From: a virus | Length of the DNA: 64,000 nucleotides | Direction: 5' to 3' (one strand) | IMG/VR virus record: IMGVR_UViG_3300045988_066341 | Shown: positions 35,681 through 45,900 of the stretch, piece by piece | Layout: each line of letters opens with the position of its first letter | Numbering within the stretch: the first letter of the stretch is position 1 | Program-made: the position numbers and the translations under genes | The notes under the pieces: model-generated | What the model saw: the letters and a program-made list of their open reading frames with translations, nothing else | The model's database searches: none | What the model was told of the DNA's origin: nothing

Positions 35681-36116
35681 TAAACAACTTTATAAAATAA
35701 CGTTGACAAGGGAGCAGCTAATGCTGATATCCCAATGCGTGGAAGACATCAGTAGATTCGCCGCTGGCGACATGGACCTACAACATACGACAGATACGTT
35801 GATAAATGATATGGATGGAGCGGAAACGCTGGGGATAAGAAGCTTTATAGTCAATAACTCACGAGCGATAAGAAGAAGACTGTTCCCTGATCTTGGGGAT
35901 TATGAGCATATAGGATATGATGGGGGTAGTAAGGATAAGATAAATAGGAAGAGACTTATCGGTAACACCTACCAGATATATAGGTCGATATTACATCAGT
36001 TGGCCATTGACGAGAACTGGAATAACGTGTATAGCGGTATTACGTTACCTTCAGGTGATATGGGAACAATTAAAGTGGAGAGGGTTGATGATGAACGGGA
36101 AAGTAAGGGCGTTTAA
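35673..36116 (+). CDS. hypothetical protein (147 aa)
   Basis: ORF track. Confidence 0.55.
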   Translation: MDNKQLYKITLTREQLMLISQCVEDISRFAAGDMDLQHTTDTLINDMDGAETLGIRSFIVNNSRAIRRRLFPDLGDYEHIGYDGGSKDKINRKRLIGNTYQIYRSILHQLAIDENWNNVYSGITLPSGDMGTIKVERVDDERESKGV

Positions 36117-36864
36117 CGGGGATATGGGTATGGCGATGTCCGTATTCAAGGATATGGTAGGGAAGGTAAGATTTGTTTTTGCCGACCCTCCTTATAAGAT
36201 AACCCAGGCAAGATACGACAAGGAGGGATTTGATTATAAGGCGATGTGGGAGGTAATCCAAAAAATGCTGTGTCCGTACGGGGTGGTAGCCGTCACCTGT
36301 TCCCTCACGGCGGCGGTCGAGATCATGAGGGTCGCCCCAGCGGGATGGTACCGGTACGACCTTGTTTGGCATAAGACTACCCCTACCGGTTTTCTTAACG
36401 CCAAGAAAGCTCCATTAAGAAATCATGAGTTGATACTTATCTTCTCACCTATGCCACTTGGGAAGCATACATATAACCCTCAAAAGACTTATGGTCACGC
36501 AAGGAAAGTATCCAAAGCCTCCAGCAAAGTAAGATGCAAGGAAACGGAGCTATATGGCAAAGCTGGTCTAACTACATACGATAGCACGGAGAGATATCCG
36601 CTATCGGTCATGACGTTCAAGACAGACAAGCAGAAATCGGCCATCCATCCCAACCAGAAGCCGGTGGAGTTATTAAGACACCTGATACGGACATATACGA
36701 ATCCGGGGGATACGGTAATGGATCCGGTAGCAGGAAGCGGAACGACAGGTATAGTGGCTTACGAGGAGGGAAGGGACTGCCTGCTTATGGAGATAGACCG
36801 TCAATTCTTTAATGAGATGATAAACAGATTTAATAACAATAACATTAAAACAGATAGAATATGA
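36088..36864 (+). CDS. beta-class N6-adenine/N4-cytosine DNA methyltransferase
   Basis: FADPPY (motif IV) precedes HPNQKPVELLRHLI and VMDPVAGSGTTG (motif I). The start is set at ATGATG 36088 rather than the track start 36007. Confidence 0.9.
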   Translation: MMNGKVRAFNGDMGMAMSVFKDMVGKVRFVFADPPYKITQARYDKEGFDYKAMWEVIQKMLCPYGVVAVTCSLTAAVEIMRVAPAGWYRYDLVWHKTTPTGFLNAKKAPLRNHELILIFSPMPLGKHTYNPQKTYGHARKVSKASSKVRCKETELYGKAGLTTYDSTERYPLSVMTFKTDKQKSAIHPNQKPVELLRHLIRTYTNPGDTVMDPVAGSGTTGIVAYEEGRDCLLMEIDRQFFNEMINRFNNNNIKTDRI

Positions 36865-37232
36865 ATAAGATTGAAGAACTGGAAAATAAGTTGAAGGAAG
36901 AAAGAAGCAAGATGCAGGCTAATCTAAAAGAGAACTATAAATGGGTTGTTGGGAAATACGTCAAATTCGATGAATCTTCTATAATGAGAATAGATAATCT
37001 ACGTTATATTCCTATAAATACCATAGAAGATTATTACAAAAATGAGCTGGATCCAAATGACGCTATTTACGTAGATGGCCTTCTGACTCATTATAATGTA
37101 GAGGACAATTATTATTCTTTGGCAAAACATAAAAACATACAGATAAAGATAAGAAATATAATAGAGCCTGATGATGAATTTGAGAATCTGGTAGAACGGT
37201 TGTTTAATGATGCAAAAAAGAACTTGCTATGA
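36861..37232 (+). CDS. hypothetical protein (123 aa)
   Basis: ATGA overlap with the upstream gene. Confidence 0.55.
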   Translation: MNKIEELENKLKEERSKMQANLKENYKWVVGKYVKFDESSIMRIDNLRYIPINTIEDYYKNELDPNDAIYVDGLLTHYNVEDNYYSLAKHKNIQIKIRNIIEPDDEFENLVERLFNDAKKNLL

Positions 37233-37507
37233 GCCTGTTTGTATGCGCTAAATGCGGTTGTGTCGATAATACCGCCACGTCTAGTTACTGGATGTTGACA
37301 AACGAGTATATGGTGGACAAATTCGAGTATGCCAAGGAACTACAGCCGTACAAGGGCATGGGGCTGTGCAGCGAATGCGGGAGGCTGGCTACCAGCCCTG
37401 ACGGCCGTGATGTCGTGGTGCCCGGAAAATGGCACGGGAAGTTCCCGAAGAAGAAAGCTACCGAAGAGCAGATGAAGAAAGTAGGACACAAAAATTTAAT
37501 AAGATAA
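37229..37507 (+). CDS. zinc-ribbon protein (92 aa)
   Basis: ATGA overlap with the upstream gene. CAKCG...CSECG pattern. Confidence 0.55.
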   Translation: MSLFVCAKCGCVDNTATSSYWMLTNEYMVDKFEYAKELQPYKGMGLCSECGRLATSPDGRDVVVPGKWHGKFPKKKATEEQMKKVGHKNLIR

Positions 37508-37518
37508 ATAAAGAGAAT

Positions 37519-37869
37519 ATGGCAATAATAGGAATAGATTTCGATGGGACATGCGTGACAGACTTATTCCCTTATGTAGGAGACAATATCGGAGCCGCTA
37601 GCGTATTGAGGAAACTAGCTGATAAGAATCTTCTGATATTATATACGGTAAGAGATGGTAAATATCTACAGGATGCCGTGGACTGGTTTAAATATAATCA
37701 TATCAATCTGTATTCGGTAAACTACAATCCTGAGCCAGTATCATCATCACCAAAATTGTATTGTGATTATTATATAGATGATAGGAATATCGGCACGCCA
37801 CTTACGGATAAAGGATATGTTGATTGGAATAAGATGTTGGAGCTATTAAGGCAAAAGAACTTATTATGA
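37519..37869 (+). CDS. small HAD-superfamily-like phosphatase (116 aa)
   Basis: MAIIGIDFDGTCV (DxDxT motif I) and LILYTVRDG. The in-frame ATG at 37519 was preferred over the track start 37429. Confidence 0.6.
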   Translation: MAIIGIDFDGTCVTDLFPYVGDNIGAASVLRKLADKNLLILYTVRDGKYLQDAVDWFKYNHINLYSVNYNPEPVSSSPKLYCDYYIDDRNIGTPLTDKGYVDWNKMLELLRQKNLL

Positions 37870-37972
37870 AGATAATAAAAATGAATATCAAAAGATATAA
37901 GGAGATTATAAGAAAAAAGGATATACTAACACGAGCCTTATCAGAGGCTCATAAATTAAACAAATCAATAAT

Positions 37973-38239
37973 ATGGGAATGAAATATTATACTGAAGCGG
38001 GAGTCGAATGCACCCCAGAAGAATGTAAGCTGATTGACTCATTAAATAGATTAGCGAAGAAATGGGAGAAGGACGGCAAACGTCTTTGGTTGTATTCCGC
38101 TAGTGGAGTTCTTACCGTTATGATGCATGGTGATAGGGAAGATAACCCTATACCTGAGATGCTTCCTAACGCAGGGACAAATCCAGATAATATTATAACT
38201 ACAATATTAGGAATAGGTAATGATGGAGGAGATTGGTAA
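37973..38239 (+). CDS. hypothetical protein (88 aa)
   Basis: ORF track. Confidence 0.5.
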   Translation: MGMKYYTEAGVECTPEECKLIDSLNRLAKKWEKDGKRLWLYSASGVLTVMMHGDREDNPIPEMLPNAGTNPDNIITTILGIGNDGGDW

Positions 38240-38253
38240 GCAAATTATAATTC

Positions 38254-38700
38254 ATGAAAATAGGAGAACAGACAATAGTATTTTTAGCCGTGAACAAAAA
38301 CGGTGACGAGGTTATTCTTAACAACGCCCCCGCTCGGCAAGGAGAGATATGGACGGACGAGAGGTCAGCGCACGACGAGGAATATTTCTCTGTCGAGGAT
38401 CACAATTCAGCGATCGTACTTCCAAGAGGTACAATCTATAAGTTAGCAGGTAGGCACCTGACGTGGGAGGATGACCCTATATCTCTTAAATCATTCACTG
38501 AGGAACGCCCTCATATAGATATTGAGCTTTGCAAAAAGGAATTTTTCTTATTAGATGAAGAACTGGAAAGTTTTAAAGAATTTTTGAATGATTCTACAAA
38601 AAACATCTATCATTCTATTGATGGAGTAAAAATTGTCAAATCAGAAAATGGGGGACTTTGCGGAGTAGGCAGAATACCTCATCGTCTAAGAACTTTATAA
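38254..38700 (+). CDS. hypothetical two-module protein (148 aa)
   Basis: The N-half is paralogous to 7432..7710. The C-half (EELESFKEFLNDSTKN) is similar to the N-terminus of 38711..38935 (DELAQFDEFLNDPKRT). Confidence 0.55.
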   Translation: MKIGEQTIVFLAVNKNGDEVILNNAPARQGEIWTDERSAHDEEYFSVEDHNSAIVLPRGTIYKLAGRHLTWEDDPISLKSFTEERPHIDIELCKKEFFLLDEELESFKEFLNDSTKNIYHSIDGVKIVKSENGGLCGVGRIPHRLRTL

Positions 38701-38710
38701 AATTACAAAT

Positions 38711-38935
38711 ATGAAGACAGCAAAAGATTATCAACAAGAGTTTAGATTAAAGGATGATGAGTTAGCTCAATTCGATGAGTTCTTAAATGATCCTAAACGT
38801 ACATGCTTCCATGGAAAAGAATATTTAATATATAAAGATCCTGATCCAGAAGGGAGTTTTATAATAGTTGGTGTTAATTTCAGGATATTACCAACCGGAA
38901 CTCCTATAGTTACAAAAGATGGATCTGTAATTTAA
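38711..38935 (+). CDS. hypothetical protein (74 aa)
   Basis: ORF track; see 38254..38700. Confidence 0.5.
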   Translation: MKTAKDYQQEFRLKDDELAQFDEFLNDPKRTCFHGKEYLIYKDPDPEGSFIIVGVNFRILPTGTPIVTKDGSVI

Positions 38936-38965
38936 TGATGGGTAATTATATAATAAATTATATTT

Positions 38966-39139
38966 ATGAAAAGTAATAAGAAACAAAAAGAACTGGAAGA
39001 AAGGTTAGCTTATTTAATAGATAAACCTTTCTTAACGAAAGAGGAACATGATGAGATGGTAAGAATTGGCAATGAGTTGCCAAAGTCTCCTCCTACTACG
39101 CTCTCTTTTAATATTCGCCTTGATAAAATGGCTAAATAA
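38966..39139 (+). CDS. possible small protein (57 aa, below ORF-track cutoff)
   Basis: Read by eye: MKSNKKQKELEERLAYLIDKPFLTKEEHDEMVRIG... It fills a 229-nt gap. Confidence 0.35.
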   Translation: MKSNKKQKELEERLAYLIDKPFLTKEEHDEMVRIGNELPKSPPTTLSFNIRLDKMAK

Positions 39140-39164
39140 TCACATATCATTTAAATTTTGAATC

Positions 39165-39688
39165 ATGAAAAAGTGTAAATTGTTAATAACAGATTTAGAC
39201 GGGACACTGATTGAGACAGTGTCAGGGGATACATTCCCTAAAGGTATATGGGATATGAAAATAAAACTCGACGTGTTTGAGGCTATCAAAAATTACGCTC
39301 CTGATGACATCCTAATCATATCAAATCAGGGAGGTATAGAAAAGGCTTCGTGGACAAAGAGATGTTTGAATATAAATTCGATTACATATCAAATGCCTTG
39401 GAAGATTATACAGATGTATCCGTAAGTGCTTATTACTGCGAAAGCAATAATAAACGCAACATCAATAGGAAGCCAAATATAGGGATGATAAAAGAGTATA
39501 TGGATTTCATAGAATACATGAATAACGATGAAGATGAGGAAGAAAAGATCGTATACGATACTATCTTGATGATTGGGGATGCTTCCGGGAAAGAAGGACA
39601 GTTCTCCGACTCCGATAAGAAGACGGCGGAAAACTTCGGGTGTGAGTATATGGATGTGGATGATTTTGTGGATAAATATAAAGACTGA
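39165..39688 (+). CDS. HAD-family phosphatase (GmhB / polynucleotide 3'-phosphatase-like) interrupted by a -1 frame change at 39340-39346
   Basis: Track ORFs 39165..39425 carry motif I ITDLDGTL and motif II ISNQGG. Track ORF 39350..39688 carries RKPN and MIGDASGKEGQFSDSD. The frames join as ...SNQGGIEK/GFVDKEMFEYKF... at gaAAAAGg. Confidence 0.7.
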
Positions 39689-39700
39689 TAACGAAAATAA

Positions 39701-39730
39701 GAAGGATAGGGTGATGATCTCCTATCCTTC
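39701..39730 (+). terminator. 10-bp hairpin GAAGGATAGG-n10-CCTATCCTTC closing the plus-strand block
   Basis: Lies 12 nt after the last plus-strand stop and is followed by TATTATTAT. Confidence 0.55.
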
Positions 39731-39875
39731 TATTATTATGTAAATCCATTTTTGGATTACATTAAGCATCAATAGTATAACTATTTATTTATACTCATCT
39801 TTCTTTCCTTGTTATCAAACATTCCATGCAAAATACAGTTATCATATATACAATTGTTGATCTTCCCTCAGTAGG

Positions 39876-39899
39876 GTTTTTACCATTTTGGGTAAAAAC
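39876..39899. terminator. 9-bp hairpin GTTTTTACC-attttg-GGTAAAAAC in the convergence zone
   Basis: Lies about 50 nt downstream of the minus-strand 2,414-aa gene stop. A/T-tracts inside the stem could serve either orientation. Confidence 0.4.
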
Positions 39900-39950
39900 T
39901 TTATAATCAATATCTTTAATGAACCTATTATCACCAGTAAGCGCTCTCAG

Positions 39951-42900
39951 CTATCTTCCTCTATCAAAATACCAATTAGCGTCCTCCCCAGACTCATCCT
40001 TATTCCTGCCTCCTAAGAAGAATCCCATCGTCATGCCGTTGGTCATCAACCAGTAGTCGGATGTCTGTTTAATATCCCTAGCCGTCTTGATATTATACCA
40101 TTGCTTACCAAACGAGAACTTCATGAGCTGCCTCCATAGCTTGCTCTCGCCCTTATACACGCCGGTCTGGACGGTAGCGAACGGATCCCAGTTCCGAGGA
40201 TCGGTAAGATCACCCAACTTACGGGCCGTAACCAGCGGGTCTTGTAACATGTCTATAGCGTTAAGCTCCATGAACGGGGATGCCTGGGAAGCGATCTCAT
40301 TGATCGTCCTAAACCCTATATAGGTAATGAACTGCCCGAACCAGCTATCCTCATTATCCTCCCTATATCCCATCAAAGCCCGTCCTATAGCCATCATCGT
40401 GGCGAATACCGCCATATTGATAATCGATCTCTTGATATTGATCTGCTCGTAGGGGGTAAGCTTATCATACTCTTCCTTAAGCACGTCATATGCCTCCCCC
40501 ATCCTGCCCTCGGACATCGATCCATAGACATTACCGGCCAGTCTCCATAACGTTCTCATATATCCTTCCTCAAACTGGTTGGTTTGGAAATTGAAACCGG
40601 CTTTCTTATACGCCCGCTGCACGGCCAATATAAACCATCCACGATGAGGCAGAACCATGTTAAGGATAGCGTTCCGGCTAGCCCCCACCCGGTTCTGCTC
40701 GTTCAAGGCGCCGTCGCAGATCTGCACCATGCTCCTGACCCTACTGGACAAAGTAGGTATGTATCTGTCTATAATATCCTTGTTAGCCTCATTCTTAGCC
40801 ACAATCTTTCCGTCCTTGACATCTACCATGTTCCACATAGAATAATCCCTTAAACGCTCCCAATCGCGTTTAGCCTCGTTAGCGGACATATTTCTGTCTT
40901 TCATCATCATCTCCTTGAAATTGGAGTATGACCAAAACTGACCCTCGTATAGGCGGGTATCATCCATGACCGATATAATGACCTGCGGATCCAACGGGGA
41001 GTTAAGAACCTCCATCATCTTAAACGGCAGGTCCCGGAATAAGGTTCTCCAGATTTTGTTATACGCTGCCGATCGTACACGGTTACGGACATTGAACACG
41101 CCTAGAGCCTCTCCAACGACATATAGCTTGTTGGTGCGGTTTATATCCCCGATCTCCGACACGTACGTACTTAACTGCTTCTGGGCTTCCCCATAGGCGT
41201 ATTTCATGGAGTCCTTGCTTATATACTGCCCTACCATACCCTCCAAAAGGAAGTTGGCCTGCCCGGTAAGGGCGCCGGTAGCCGCGACGAACGGGGAGAA
41301 GCCTAAGTTGGATCTGGATACGAATTTGGTAAACATAAGAGCCAGCTTATTAAGATCGACCTTATAATTACCTATATTCCATTCTGCCCGCTTATTATTT
41401 ATCCTAACATCATAGATACTGGCGTTAACCCAGTCCTGAAACATTCTATAGGCGTGAGTGGCCTCTGGGTTCTTACCGCCGTCGTATTGCGTCTCCAGCA
41501 TCATGTTCCTGTATCCCATGACATCATCCAAGGCCGCCCTCTTATACTTGTAAGAGGTCGCTTGTAAGGATAACATGGAATAGGAGTAGGCGAAGTCATG
41601 GGACACGTCATCGGCGTTCTCCAACTTACTAAGATAGTATTTGGGGATCATACGATATTTGTTATCGTTCTCATCAAGCCCTCCTAGGTCTTGTCCCTGA
41701 CCATGTATAGGGTCATCCACCCTCTCGCCAACGATATCACGTACGGCGTTGCCGATAGCCGCCTTCGGGTCAACCCCGGCCTGCACCATCCTCTCCACGC
41801 CGCCCTTGGATATTTGTGGTATCTGGTAGATATTCCTAAACCGCTCATCATAATCCTCCATAGCCTTACGGCTTATGTTAAGCAGCTCCTTCCTCATCTC
41901 CCACTTATCCTTATTGATCGTAGCTTCCTCCCCCTCGTTGGTAATACCGTATTTCTTGAAGAAAGCCTCGTTCTTGTACTTATCGAACCTAGGCGTATGA
42001 TATCCATAACCCAGATCGGGATTATAATTAGGATTACGAAAAGAACTCTCGGCGTCAGCCTCATCAAGCCACTGGTTATTGATCGTCAGATCGATCATAT
42101 TAATATCAAACCCGAAACGGGATACGCTCTCTTCCTTAGATATACCATTTTCTATGGCATCAAAGAACTCGGATACCTTATACGTACCGTTATTTATCTT
42201 CCTGACAAAGCCAGAATACCCCTTGGGAGAGTATCTCCTCATATAAGGATACAGCCGGGTCCTGGCGTACTCGACAAGGATCTTATCAGCCTTACCCATC
42301 GCTATGTCGTTAGCTAGCTTATTATTGAAGTCAGGACCGTATTTCCTTCTCAAAAACGATACCTCCACGGTCGTCCATGACGGATTCTTCCTAGATAGCT
42401 TAGCGGCCATCCTATCCACCTGACTCCGGGAGCGGGCAGACATATGTCCCTTGGCGAATTTAATCTCATCCATACCCTTGTCGTATACCATGGCATCCCT
42501 TAAAGCGTTACGGTAAGAATCCGTGACTCCACTCTCCACCGTATCAGGCATATCCATCTCAATAGCCTCAGCGGAAGCGGCGGCGTTAATAACGCTCTTA
42601 GCCTCAGCCAGACGATCATATAACTCGTTTATCTTTCTTAATGAGGCGGATCCACGTAACCTATCGAAATCATATTCCCCGTATCTCGTGCTATCCCGGT
42701 ACTGGATAAGCAAAGGCCTTAGCTGGTCATTGATCTCGTTTATTGTCGCCATCGCCTCCTCTACCTTCTCTATCCTTGATGATGATACAGATTGCTCCGT
42801 GATCTTATCAACCAGATTCTCGTAATAATCACCCTCCTCGGATCCCCACATATCCTTGGAGAAGCCAAGATGACCGCCAGCTAGCAGGAACTCAAACGCA

Positions 42901-45900
42901 GCCTTGCCGCCCTCGGACCGCTCTATCCCACGAAGTATCTCCTTGAACTCGGCGGAAGCCTTACGACCCTCGTTGGTATTCCCGAACTCCTCGGCCCACG
43001 CCTCGTCCCATGCCTTGATCTCCTCGGACATCATCAGAGCCTCGGATCCCTCTTCCTTTGGTGTCCCATCGGAATACCACTCGCTCTTGGCTATAGCCCT
43101 ATCACGAAGGATATCCAGATAAGATCTCCATGCTATAGGATCGGATTGGAATGCCGACCAATCCACTTTCCCGTCTTTCACGAATTTATCCATAGCCACA
43201 TATCTACTCCTGCGGATACGGGACATGAAATCGGATGTAGCTTGTGATACCCTGCGACCCAGCCTTTCCTCTACCTTCTTGTTCACATTCTCGATCTTAT
43301 CGTAATAAGCCTGCACCATAGGTTTCTCACGATTCTCATCCAACCACCTATTTATCGCATCGAGATATCGTTGCTGATCCTCGAATGTCATGGCCGAGAT
43401 ATCAAAATTCTGGATACTTGGCTTGAATATATGACTGACCTCCTTTGTAATAGGTTTATCACCATCATATCCTATGATATCATCACGAGTCTTGACCTTA
43501 AGCCCCTTATCAGATAAAAGCATGTCGACAAGTTGCTTCTCGGTCTTACCCGTAACCTTTTTAAGATCATATATATCAATAATAGCTTTCGCCTGCTCTG
43601 TCCGATACAGTAAATCGTATTTGGCGAAATCACGGGACGAGTCAAGGTAATCCGAGTTCTTCCCATTTATCTTCTGTATAAGATCCTCATTATCCTTTAT
43701 CCCCCATCCACGCTCTTTCATCATCTTCGTCATCTTATTGATATTAGCCACGCCCTCAACATGAGCGTCGTTATAAGCCTTGGCAAGACGTTGCCCTAAC
43801 ATGCCTAAGATAGCGTTCCCGCTATGTTCTAACGTCCCGAAAAACCGGGACATGACATTGATATCCTTATGGATGTTATCTATCAACTTCTTTATCCCAT
43901 TCCAATATCTTTCCGGGATATTAAACATCCGGAGCTGTCCATCCAGCCAATCCTCGTTACGATCGCTACGAAGGGCGTTTATATCAGACATAGATGTCTC
44001 AGCCATCCGCAATATATCATCCATATCCTCTACCATGCCAACCTTGTTGTTGCCATAATAATCCGCCGCCTGATTATTGACGAATCCACGAAGGTTCCTG
44101 ATTAACGGTACTATCTCCCCATATACGTTATCGATAACCTGTATCGTCTCATAATCCAATCCTTTTCCGCTCTTACGTAGGCTACTGGCAACCGTAACCA
44201 AATACTCCACCTCAGCCTTGGCGGTCGCTATGACACTCTTGGTGGATAACAGGTTGTTGTTTTTATTAAGCTCACCCCCGACTTGTCTCACCTTCTCGCC
44301 TATATCACGAAGAAGGGAGATACTCTCACCGATCCTCTGGCTTTGGCTTGATCTCATCCTCTGCAATCTAGTATACAGCCTTTCTAATGACCTGCCATTC
44401 TTGATCAGCTTATTAGCCACGTCAATGTCCGATAACGAGTACATGAGATGATCGCTATCCTTTAGCAGAAGCACGTCAAAGGCGCTTGGATCATCAGCTA
44501 ACGCCGACTCCTTTATCCTGTCAAGTACCTTATTCAAATCCGATCTTTGGCTGGAGAAGAAATTACGTATAGCTCGTACCATCCTGCCAAACAAGGAGAG
44601 CTGGGCGTCCTCGGACGAGGCCAGATCCTCCACCGCCTGTTCCATGCCCGGTACGAACCGCTGGGCCAACGTCTTACCTAGGATCTCCCGCTTCACCATC
44701 CGATCCAGTTCCTCCCCTTGGTATTCCTTCCCATACACCTCATAGTAACGACCGGCGAATTGATTCCATAATGGCGTGTCGACAACAGAGTCCAGAACCT
44801 CGTCAATCTCCTGCTGATTACGATAAGTATCGATCAAGAAGTGAGCCACCTCCTCATTAAGATCCTCTACCGTAGCTCCCTCAGCCAGGGCAATAACCCC
44901 ATTAGCCATATCGGATAAGGCCCTAGCCGAAGGCTCGACACCATTACGCATCTTATACTTATCCATATATTCGGACATACCCATCACACGGATACCTAAC
45001 GTGGATAAGATGTTGGTGATATCAGTCCTGTTCTGAAGATCCTCCGCCTTCTCATTCTCAATAACCCCACGGACATTACTTCCGTACAAGGCGTTATCCT
45101 CCATCATCAACGACAAGGCTAGCTCCATGAACCCATCATACTTATTATTAAGCTCCTCAAACTTACCTTGCCTTAACATGCCCTTTATCTCCGATCTGCT
45201 TACCGTAACCTTCTCCCCTGATGTCGTGATAAGATCAAGATCGTTATTTACCTCCGTATCAAAACCGATGGAGCCTAATACGTTCATCTCAGAAGACATA
45301 CTACCAAACCTGTTCCTTAGTCTAGACAAGGCGTCCATAGCGTTATAGATCTTAAGACCATCAGAGTTGCCGGCTCCGGTAAGATAATACCTATCCCCTA
45401 ACCTTATACGCTCCCCGCTCAACAGACCTTTCTTGATAAGGTAATTGACAAACCCTCCACGAGTGCTTATATTAGAGCCTGAGCTGATACCAAGGACCGG
45501 TATGAATGACTCGCTGTTGTTAAGGGTTATGGAGGACGAGCCAAAGGAGATATCAGCCGTACCGGACGGGACGTCACTCTCCTCGACACTGCCGGCCAAG
45601 AACCCGGCCTCGATCCGCCCGCCGGACGAGCCTTTTATGACGTTGGCGTAAGAGTCGTGTATCTTGCCGTCATCCGATCTAAAGAACAACCTGGGCTCCC
45701 CGCTATCATAAGCAAGGAGATTGTTTATCTGGTTCATGGGCTTACTAAGCTCCTTATCCACCTCCGATAACCTATCCCTTGACCTAGTGAGAAGCGTACG
45801 CATATCCGTATCATTCATCTTAATATCGAGACCCATGGAACGAAGGGCGTCACGGATAAACGACACTATCTTATCCCATAAGCTGGAGTCCGGATTGGAT

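Noticed and set aside
37866-37982. A 38-aa ORF (MKIIKMNIKRYKEIIRKKD...) coupled by ATGA to the HAD-like gene.
   Set aside because: It is plausible by position but very short and Lys-rich, and it overlaps the next gene start. It is too weak to list as a feature.
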